The notes under the pieces were generated by a model that saw only the letters and a program-made list of their open reading frames with translations, did no database searches and was not told the origin of the DNA. Made by a program: the position numbers and the translations under genes. From Carpediemonas membranifera BICM (lineage: Eukaryota > Protista > Fornicata), in the NCBI GenBank assembly GCA_019828565.1, contig JAHDYR010000014.1, positions 277,521-341,520 on the forward strand: a stretch of 64,000 nt of DNA. Reading direction: 5' to 3'. Position 1 is the stretch's first letter. Every line of letters starts with the position of its first letter. Below, piece by piece: positions 28,783 to 39,400 of this stretch.

Positions 28783-30384
28783 ATGTCCAGTGGAAACGTG
28801 CTCAAGTCAGAGGCTTCTGAAGAAAGGGGAGAGTTTTCCCACCAATCAACGTTCATTGGCGCTATTGCTATTGCCGATATGCTCAAGACGACGCTCGGGC
28901 CCCTTGGCATGGACAAAATTCTCCAAAGCATGAGTGGTGTTGATTCCCTGACCATCACGAACGATGGAGCGACTATCCTGAGCTCTCTTTCTGTCGATAA
29001 CCCCGCTGCGAGAGTTCTGATCAACCTCTCCACCACACAGGATCAAGAGATTGGTGACGGCACCACGAGCGTTGTCGTCTTCGCTGGTGAGCTCCTGCGC
29101 ATGGCCGAGCAGCTCATTGCCCGCGGTATCCCCGTTCCCGTCATCCGCGAGGGCTACCAGCGTGCCTCTGCGGCCGCCCTTGCTGCGTTGACTGAAAGCG
29201 CCAATGCCAACGACGGGAGCGAGGAGGCGTTCAGAGAGGAGCTCTTCCGCATCGCCATGACGACTTTGTCGAGCAAGATCCTCAACGTCGACAAGAAGTT
29301 CTTCGCCAACATGGCCGTGGACGCCGTTCTTCGTCTGGGCGGGTCGACGAACCTCGCCAACATCCAGATCATCAAGAAGCTCGGCAAGACGATGGAAGAC
29401 TCCTTCCTCGACGAGGGCTTCATCCTTGACAAGCAGATCTCCGTCGGCTGCCCCGTAGACCTCAAGGCCGAGGACCCGGAGCACCCTCTGCGAGTCCTCG
29501 TCGCCAACACCTCTATGGACGCCGACAAGGTCAAGATCTTCGGCTCTAAGGCCAAGGTCTCGGGCGCCACCGAGCTGGCCGCCATCGAGTCCGAAGAGCG
29601 TCGCCGCATGCGCGACAAGTGCGCCCGCATCATGAAACACGATATCAACTGCTTCGTCAACCGCCAGCTTGTCTACAACCAGGCCGAGGAGGAGTTCGCG
29701 GCGAAGGGCGTGATGTGCATCGAGCACGCCGACTTCGACGGCATCGAGCGTCTCTCGCTCGTTCTCGACGCCGACATTCTCTCGACGTTCGACACTCCCG
29801 AGAAGGCCAGGGTTGGCACGTGCCAGCGCATCCACGAGATCATGATCGGCGAGGACAAGCTCATCCGGTTCGCGGGCGTCCCCAAGAACCAGGCCTGTAC
29901 CATCGTCCTCCGCGGCGCCTCCAAGCACCTCCTCGACGAGGCTGAGCGTTCCCTGCACGACGCCCTCGCCGTTCTCTCGCAGACGGTGAAGGACAGGCAC
30001 ACATGCCTCGGCGCGGGCAGCTCCGAGATGCTCATGTCGCTCGCCGTCTCCCGCGAGGCCGACGAGCGCGAGGACCTGACCCAGGTTGCGATGAGGTCCT
30101 TCTCTCAGGCCCTCGAGAACATCTGCTTCATCCTCTGCGAGAACGCCGGGCTTGACGCCAACACCATCGTCGCGAAGCTGCACGCTGCCCACGCTGGCGG
30201 GCACAAGACTGCTGGCATCGACATTGTGAACGGCTGCGTCGGTGATGCCCGCGAGCTTGGCATCGTCGAGGCCCTGAAGTCGAAGCGCCAGATGGTCATG
30301 TCCGCGACGGAGGCGGCGTCCCAGCTTCTCAAGGTCGACAACATCATCCGGTGCGCGCCCCGCGAGCGGCAGCAGGGCCAGTAA
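28783..30384 (+). CDS. CCT2: T-complex protein 1 subunit beta
   Basis: FIGAIAIADMLKTTLGPLGMDKIL, TNDGATIL, GDGTTSV, DKVKIFGS, NCFVNRQL, IEHADFDGIERL, VDNIIRCAPRER. Confidence 0.97.
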   Translation: MSSGNVLKSEASEERGEFSHQSTFIGAIAIADMLKTTLGPLGMDKILQSMSGVDSLTITNDGATILSSLSVDNPAARVLINLSTTQDQEIGDGTTSVVVFAGELLRMAEQLIARGIPVPVIREGYQRASAAALAALTESANANDGSEEAFREELFRIAMTTLSSKILNVDKKFFANMAVDAVLRLGGSTNLANIQIIKKLGKTMEDSFLDEGFILDKQISVGCPVDLKAEDPEHPLRVLVANTSMDADKVKIFGSKAKVSGATELAAIESEERRRMRDKCARIMKHDINCFVNRQLVYNQAEEEFAAKGVMCIEHADFDGIERLSLVLDADILSTFDTPEKARVGTCQRIHEIMIGEDKLIRFAGVPKNQACTIVLRGASKHLLDEAERSLHDALAVLSQTVKDRHTCLGAGSSEMLMSLAVSREADEREDLTQVAMRSFSQALENICFILCENAGLDANTIVAKLHAAHAGGHKTAGIDIVNGCVGDARELGIVEALKSKRQMVMSATEAASQLLKVDNIIRCAPRERQQGQ

Positions 30385-30432
30385 ACATCGCTACGTATTA
30401 GATAAATACTGTTTACGTGTTATAGTTACATG

Positions 30433-33400
30433 TTACATAGTGCTCAGCTCAACCCTCACGTTCCTCGTGTCAGTCGGGAGTTGGAGATCAGGAATCGACT
30501 TCAGCACCGCAAGCTTGTCGTCGCGGTTGCGTGACCTGCTGCGGCGCCCACCGTCGTTGGCGCTTTCGTCCACGATGCTGTTGAGCAGCTTGATGTCTTC
30601 CTTGCTGAGTACGATGCCAAACACACGTTCAAAGACCTTATTGCGCACCCGCATCTGGTAGTTGCGGGCGTTGTTCTGGAACTGGTCCTCCCACCACCGG
30701 GTGATGTCCGAGAACGCCATACTCAGGCTGCCCTGACCCCGGGTGATCTTCAACGCGGAGACGTCCTTGGCAAACATGAAGAAATGCTCCAAATCAAGCC
30801 CCCTGTCGCCGGTGGCCGCGGCATTGCTGTCCAGAGCTCTCTTGAGAGAACGCTCGTCACTGGGGGTCAGGCTGATCTCGAGTGTCCTCAGCATCGTCTG
30901 GATCTCGTTCTGGTCGAGCGTCCTGTTGCCATCGGCGTCAAAGTAGTTGAAGAGCATGATCAGTGTCTCGATTGTAAAGCCGTCGGTCATGTCGAAAGCC
31001 CGCTTGTTCGCCTCGATCGATCTAAGTCTGTTGGTCGCGTCCTCGGTGAGGATGTCGTCGGTGAACGACAGAAGACGCTGGTAGTCGCGGCCGACGCCGT
31101 TTTCGTCAGGCCCATGCAGGAAGCCCTCGCCGAGGATGCCCAGGCGGCGCTGCTCGGCGGGCGGGAGCTTCTCGATGACCATGGACACCATCGTGCTCAG
31201 CTGGGCCACGGATGGCCGTACTGGGTCGGCGATGAGGGGCCGCACCACTCGCTTGAGGATCTCAGCGGCGACGGTGGCCTCCTCCTCAGTGGCCTTGGTG
31301 CTGTCGATGCAGAGGGCATACTGTGTCGCCACCGCCAGACGACGATAGCACTCCATGCCCCGCTGCTTCACCGTGTTCAGGCTCGACAGGGCGCTGCGGG
31401 CGGCCTTAGAGGCGCTGTCAATGGCAGCAGCGACCTCCTTCGTGTGCCCCTCGTTCGACGAAAGCAGCTCTTCGCTCTCAGCCAAGAGGGCCACGACGTC
31501 GGGCAGCAGCGGCTCTCCGTTGGGGTCGTCCGGGTCTCGCACGGCCCCAGTGGATGACCCCAGGTGCTGGATGAGGGCCTTGGCAGTGACACCGCTGGCA
31601 GATGCGTACTCTGATATGACTCGGCGGACTGCTGACCATAGCTTAGTGACAAACTGAACAGGGCAGGCGGTCGACTCGATGAGGTGTAGCCGCTCCTGCG
31701 TGGAGCCCTTCGACAGCTCCTTCAGGTCTGTAGAATGGATCTCGATCGACTTGGGGAAGTAACCAAGCGACATGCGCAGCTCAGCCTTGACCTCGCGCCC
31801 GATGAGAACCCTCTTGGCGGTCTCGATGTTGTGTGCGCCCTGCACGGTCTCGTCCTCCAGGACCGCCGCCTCAATCTTCTTCAGCAGAATCTCCTCTGCC
31901 TCGACTCTAAAGGCGGGGTTCCTGCCGAGCTTGGCGTCCGAGAACTTCTTGTCGATGTCCGCGGCGATGGTGTCGAAGTCCCGGAATGGCCCCGCCTCGT
32001 TGGCCTCGTCTGGCAGGGTCGTGTCGGGCTCGGGCACATCCATGGCGAAGCTGTCCGCCGGCACAGCAGCCGACAACTCCAGCAGGGCGACCGCCTCGGT
32101 GTGCGCCCTCGTAGCGCTGAGCAGGGCGTGCATGCGCCCCCTGAGAGCCTCTCCAGAGGGCACAAGGCGGTGCTGGTGCTCTGCGAACGCCGTCCACCGG
32201 TCGATGACCTCCGCGGCGTCTGCCAGCACAGGCTGGAGACGATGAGGGTCCATGAGCTGGGCCAGGTGGACGTTATCCTCGTCTATGGGCGTGTCGGCCG
32301 CCTGTATCATCGCCTCGAGTTCCAGTACGGTGGCTGCGTACGACGTGAACGTCTGCTCGTGCAGGATAACGTTGGGAATTACCTGGAGCAGGTCAAAGAT
32401 CGAGTTGAACATGGTTGGTGTGTTGCACGGATTGAACGCCTCCGCCAGTTCGGCAAAACTGTCGCCGTCGGGTTCGGACAGGAGGCCGTTGTGCTTCTCG
32501 GCGAAGTCGATGACGAATGTCTCTGCGTCGTCGAGGAACAGATGCAGCGCCTGTACCTGGCTGGCGTACGGCGTGAACAGCTCGGGTAAGTGGGTCAGCT
32601 GGATGGCGTGGCCGAGGGTCGACGCCAACAGGGCCAGTCGGTTCACAGTGGAGCACCATCTGTCGTACATATCCCGCAGCGCCTGCTCGTCCGCCCTCGT
32701 CGAGATCTCGGACTCGATGCAGTAGTTGAACATGTCGACAAAGTCGTCCTTCGAGTCCATCAGTTCCTCGCTCTTCATCGTCACAGAGTCGTGGATGCGG
32801 GCGATCTCGGTGTTGAGTGCGTCCAGCTCCTCCTCTTCCTGTAGCTCCTGCCGGGTGTCATTCAGGCTCACAGGCATCATCTGTGGCGGCAGACGGCTGT
32901 TGTTGGCGATCTCACGGATCTCCGTCAGCTTCTCCTCTGCCACGCTGTTGCCCGTGTCGATGTTCAGCTCACGGCGCCGGCCCAGTGCCTCGAGCGCCTG
33001 GTTGGCGAAGTCGTGCAGGTTCTGCTCGGCACCGTCCAGCGCCGCGCTCTGCAGGCGGACCATCTCCTCGTACTGCTGGGCGGCGTCGCTGAGACTGGCG
33101 GCACGGCTCTCGTAGTGGCGGAGATGCTCGCCGTAGTCCGCCTGCGCCTCCTCCAGCAGCAGCGCCAGCTTCTGTAGCGTGGCCGGGGGTATCCCAACCG
33201 TGCTGGCTGGGGGTGATTCGGCCAGGGCTGTCAACGCGGCGTCGATGGTCGCGATGGCGTGGGCACCGTCGTCGAACACGGCCTTGCCCGCCTCGTAGCT
33301 CTCTGGGCTCTCGACTCGCATCGGCAGGAACTGAATCAACACCGTGGCTGCCCGCTGAAGCACTTCTGACTGCTTCCCGACGTACTGGCGAGCATCATCC

Positions 33401-36400
33401 GGGTTGGGGAGAGGGGGCATCGCGTGTAGCTCCATGTCGATCTTACGGATCCTGTTGCTGATGTCCCGCAGGAGCTCGGCGCATGTGGACTCACGCGCCC
33501 CGCTGGGAGTCATGTGACTGAACTTGACGTTGGTCGGATCCAACCCGGCGTTCTGGACGATCGCCGTGACATAGTCTCTGGCAGTGACCAGCTGGTACTT
33601 CGCACTGTCCAGCGGGCTCGACATCTGGTACAATGCGGCCAGCTCGGCCGAGGCCACCAGGTCGTCGTGAGGTAAGTCGATCACGAGAGAGGAGTTCGTC
33701 GCCCACACATCGATGAGGGCCAGCAGGCACCGGATCCGCTCGGTCTCGTTGGCAGCGATGCCGGGCATGGCCATATCGAGCCTGAGATCGTCCATCTGGG
33801 CCGTCAGCGTGCCGCTAGCCCTGGTCAGCCGGGCCAGTGTGTCTGACACTCCGCGGGACGTCAGGGCGCCGGTCGTACCAGGTTCAGGGGCGGGCACGTC
33901 GTCAAGGGCGACCCGGTGGGGGGGCAGGCGACCGTCGTACAGGGTGAGTCTGGTCGCGGCGTCCTCAAGGACGGGGGCCTCGACCCTCTCGATGGCGAAC
34001 ACGTCGCCGTGTACCTGGTGGAGCTCGCTGAAGGCGGTGGGGTCGAGCTCTGTGGCTGTGAGGGCGGCGAGCTCCTTCTCAACGCGAGCCGTAGCCGCCG
34101 CGATGCGGTCTCTCGACTGCTCCGCGACCTTGACGAAGAATCGTGTGAATGCGGTGTTGAACGTGCTCCGCGTGTCAGCCCTGTTGGCCTTGACGCACAT
34201 GTCGGTGGCGAGGGCGGCCTGGTACATGCAGGTCCGCAGGCGCTGTTCGAGACTATCCCTGCCATCGAGGAATGAAGGACCGTGCGGCTCCCCGCTGCGG
34301 GCAAGCACCTCGGATGCTGCTATGAGGGCGTCCGTGAGCAGCGGGATCGTCGACGTCGGCTCCCCGATGCGTCCGTTGTCCCGCATGACCGAGGAAATCG
34401 CCTCCTCTGCGGGGGCGACCTTGCCCTCCGCGGCAACGAGGGCCGTCGCCAGCTGGTGGGAGCCCTCGACGGCGGCCATGGCGAAGTCCCGGAGAAACGT
34501 GCACGCCGCCTGTCTCTGGTTCCCGATGTGGATGAGGTTCCCGATGATCGTTGCAGTGGGCGTGGTCTGGGCCACGTCCTCCCCGAGCAGCGCTGTGTGA
34601 GCGTCCATCACCTCCTGCGCGTCCTTCTGCAGGGCAGTGCGGGACTTGGCCTCCCGTCCGTAGCGGTTGAGGGCGGTGTCCATGTCGGCCCGGAGCCTCT
34701 CGAACTGTGTGACGTCGGTGGAGGTCACGTCTACAGTGACCAGCTGACCCATCTCGGCCTGGGCCAGGTCAATCAGACGATCCCCGACCGTCCTGTACAA
34801 ATCTCCCTTGGCGCGCCAGTTGTCCAGCGTCGTTGTCAGACGATGGGCGAGGTCCGCCGCGCTGATCTCCAGCGCCGCGGCAGACTGGTACACGGACGAG
34901 AGCCACACGTCCTTGGCACACCGGGTCTTGGCATACCGGGCCTCAGCCAGCACTGCCTCGTGCTCGGCGGCGCAGTGGAGGCAGCCGGCCGCAGTCGCCA
35001 GGTCCCACCGCTTCATGGTGGCGTCCAAGGCCGACACGACGGAGGTCCAGGCACCCCGGGCTGTGCCCTGGACGGCGTTCGCTACAGAGGCCTCCATGGT
35101 GCGCTTGACGGCAGCGAACGTGTTGGTGTGGTGGGCGGTGTGGGCGGCGCAGAACGACGCCAGCCGGGAGCAGAGGTCCGCGGTCATCCCGGGGACACGA
35201 CCGCTCGTCACGAAGAGGGTCGACTCAATGGAGGCGACAGCGGACAGGGGGCCCGTTGCATCGGCCAGACCCCGCGAGAGGACCCATACCGACTCAAGCC
35301 CGTCCCCGGCAGAGGTGTCCGGCCTGTTGTCGATCATGGCCGCCGTGACAGCGTCGCAGTGTGTGCTGAGGACGTCCAGACTCTCGACCAGGGCGTGCTG
35401 GCGGTCCCGGACCTGGTCGGCCAGACGCTGGACAGTCCCGGCAATGCCGATGGAGCTCAGCAGCTGCATCCAGAAGTCCAGCATGGCGGGAAGACACCCA
35501 TCTGAGTCCCGCAGCTCGTCGGCGAGCTCGTGTCCGGCCCCGACGACGCCCGCCATGTGTCGGCCCAGCGTGGACCACTCCTCGTCGTGGTAGTCCAGGG
35601 CGTCCTTGAGGGCGTCGAGGCTGGTGCCGGTCTGGCCCTGGAACGTGTCCTGGATGACGGCCATCAGCCTTATAAACATCGCCCGGCGCACACTGGCCGC
35701 GTCCCGCACATGCCCGTTGAACCGCACCACAGCATCCCGCAGCTCGGTCAGGAAGCGGAGCTCAGCGTCCTCACCGGGCGCGGTGTCGTCCACCCTTAGT
35801 GAGTTGAGACGGTCCAGCGTCTCCTCCAGGAAACCGCGCAGTTTAGGGTCAGCGACAGAGAGGTTGGACTGGATGCGCTGTGCGACCTCGGCGGCATACG
35901 TCGACCGGGCGACGTCTGACACGATGCCCTGGTTCGGGGCCGTGGAGTTCTCAATGCCGAGCAGTGACCGGAGCACACCTGCGTCACGGGTGAGGCTGAC
36001 GACGGCCTCGTCGACCATGCCGCTCCCGGACACTGCGTCGATCCCGAAGACATAGAGCTCGCCGAGTGAGGTCGTTGCCTCGTCGAACGCGGCGATGGAT
36101 TCGGTGAGCTTGGAGACGACGTCGGAGAAGATCTCGCCGCGCATCTGCAATGGACCGATGATGGACAGGGCGCCACGCTGCTCCATGCCCTCGTCGAGCA
36201 CGACGGCCTGATGGAGGAGGGGGAGTTGCCTGATGACGGACTCCAGCACATTGGCGCATTTGACGAGATCATAACCCCGTTCGGCGTGGGTCTCCTTCAG
36301 GGCGATGATCCGCTCCAGCTGGACTCGGACAGCAGCGGGGGGGCTGCTGCCAGTGAGGGCCTTTCTGATGTCGACCCGCTCAGTCCGGACAGAGGAAACG

Positions 36401-39400
36401 TGCTTCTCGATCTCAACAAGCCACGCCTCGATGACTGTCGCCTGACTCACACGGTACCGGAAGAATGCATGGGCGTTGTTCGCGGCAAAGTCGATGCTGC
36501 GGCAAGTGGCGAGGATGGAGTCCCGCAGCGCCTCGAGGACAGCCATTGGCACGGGGCCGACGGTGGTGCCGTCAGCCTCGCTGAACCCGGCGGCGGCGTT
36601 GGTCAGCTGCTCCCAGTCGACCGCCAGCACCCGGCCCCTCCAGCGGCTGACCTCGTCCTGGAGCCGGTCGACGTCGCCCTCCGTGACGACGTCATGCGGG
36701 GTGTGGACCATCGCGTGGATCTCCTGCAGTAACGGGAGGAGGGGCTCGGCGATGGCGTCGAAGCAGGTCCGGGCGGCGATGGCGGCTCTCGTGGTGCCTA
36801 CGAGCCTGATGAGGGCCTGGCGCCTGTTTGTGAGCTCCCGGTCTGTGTTGTCCCGCATCGCCATGACGTCCTCGAGACGCTGCCCGAGACGCTCGCCTGT
36901 GCTGATGTTATGCTCAGCGAGGGTGACATCGATGCCCGCGATGATCTCCCGCGAAATGGCCATCTGTTCCCGCTGGGCAGCCTCGACCGCACTGATGATG
37001 CCAGAGGCCACGGCGAACGAGCGCGGGCTGAGGCCCTCGATGCCGACCTTCCCCACCGCGTCCAGCTGCATAGCGGGGTTTGCGACAATGTCAGTGTGGA
37101 CCGCCCGGATGTGCGCCTCGGCCACTGCCAACACCGTCTCACAGCGCATACGGACCTGCGCGGTATCCACGGCGGTCTCGTACTCGACTCGCAGCCCGTC
37201 GATCCTATCGAAGAGGGCGTCGATCTCCTCAGTGTGGGGCGACAGTCTCGCCAGGATCGCACGGTCGGCTGCAGCGGTCGTCTGTAGTGCCTGCCGGATG
37301 GAGAACATGGCGACGGGGTCGGTGAGAGGCTGGGCGACCAGGCCGTGATAGAACTCCGAGAGCGAGGCCACCAAGGAGACAACCTGGTCGCGGGCTCTGA
37401 GGACTGCGACGCACTCGCTCGCCTGCTCCAGTCGGCCCGCCCAGGACTCGGCGGTCCCCGTCAGCCGCTGCACCGTGCGGAGCCGCTGCTGGCACGCGAG
37501 GACCTTGACGTCGACCGCGGGGGCGGCGACCATGGGGTATTGTGCCCTGAGGACGTCAGTCTCGCCGCTGATGGCCGTGTACTGTGCCTGGAGGTCTCTG
37601 AGGGCCTGCGGGCTCAGCGCGTCGAACTCCTTCGTCAGCAGCAGGCCCGTCAACTGCTCGAGCAGACCGTCACACCGACCCAGGACCGAGTCTCGGATCC
37701 TACAGTAGTTGCGGTAGTCTGCCACCGCGTCCTCTAGGGCCCTGCGCCGACTAGTGGCCCGCACCTTTAGGGCGCTGAGCTCTTTCTCGACATCCGCGGT
37801 GTACAGCTCCTCGCGGTCGTCGTGGGGCGACAGTAGGGCCCGCTGGACGTCCCCCATGAGGTTCTCCAGCCGGGTCACGGCACTGTCGACGTCATCGAAG
37901 ACCAACCCGGCCAGGAAGAGGCCGTGGGGCAGGATCCCGCGGCTTGTAAGGTAGTCGACCGCCTCCTCGCCGAAGAACTCGACGAGGGGCGTCTCCATGG
38001 ACATCGCCGCCGCACCGCCCTCGAACTGAACGTCAGCGATGAAGGCGTGCGGCGGGGTGGCGAGGAGACGCCGGTACTCAGCAAGGTACGCGCGCATCGA
38101 GGCGAGCACGGCGCCAACCCCGCCCAGCTGAAGCGTGGTGCCGTTGGCGTCCTGCTTGGCGACGAGTGTCTTTCCGAGGTCGACTGTCTTGGCCTCATAA
38201 AGTTCGCGGATCTGCCTCGCGTTGTCAACGAGCGTCTCGTACGGCTCATAAAGCACGGAGGGTACCACCAGGGCTGGGGTGGCGTCCTGGGCGAGGGGTG
38301 TGGCCTGGCACTGCCGGGCGACACTCTCGACGGCCCTGAATAAGAGCTTGGAGAAGTCGAGGTAGCCGCCCAGGCCCGAGAGGAGGGAGTCGGCCCCGGG
38401 GCTGTCGACGTCGAGCTGCTCCACCCGCTTGCCCCAGGCGCCTGTGACCCTGTCCAGCTCGGTACAGGTGGCCTTGACGTTGGTCCCGACCATCGCCAGA
38501 GCCCGGCCAACCCCATCAGCGTACGCCGCGTCCACCATCGTCGCGATGACGCCACTGATGAGGGCGTCCGTGCGGCCGTACAGGACCTCGGCGAACCCCT
38601 GCGGGTCCGCCCTGCCGTCGTCACCGGCGTCGAGGGGCACCCCGCACGGTTGGTCCATCTGCTCGGTCGACAGCTTCATCGTCTGGAAGAGAGGCTCGAT
38701 GTCCAGCTCCGCGACAGCGGCCATTAGCTCCTCCAGCTCGGCAGCCTCGACGGGAATTGTGGTGACCGCCTCAACCGCCGTGTCGCAGTGTGTCTTGGCC
38801 TCTTCTAGGGCCGCAGCGACCCGCTGGTACTCGCTGACGATGGCAGAGGCCCGGTCCCGTCGGGTTTCGAGGGCTACAGACCGTGACATGAGCTCGTCTC
38901 CCTTCTTCTCCGCGATCGACTGGAGCGTGGCGTACCGGGACGAGATCTGCCGCACGCTGACCTTGAGCACGGCGCCCCTGCCCAGCAGATACTCCTCGAT
39001 CTCCTCCAGACTCCCGAGGCTGGTCTTCAACTCCACTGACTGCACGTCCCAGTTCCCCACGACGGCCGCGAACTCGCTCTCCTCGAGGTTGTTCGGATCA
39101 ATCAGGTCGTCTGCCGTCAGGCTGAGCAAAGTGGCGATCCACGAGTCAATCGTGTCGGCCAGGTACCGGGCGTTCTCCATGAACTGCGTCTGGAGCTCCG
39201 TGATAGTGTATTGGTGCATCCGGTTCACTGAGAAGCCCGTGTCCCGTCTAGCGAGGTCCTTTCTGAAGTCCTGTACGTCCTCCTTCAGCGCCTGGTCCAC
39301 CTGTCCCTGCCCGGCCACTGCCAGCACCTCTCCGAGGTCGGCGCCGGTCAGCCCGAGGACGTCCCGCCCGATCTCCCCGAGTCTGTTCATGGTCGGCTGG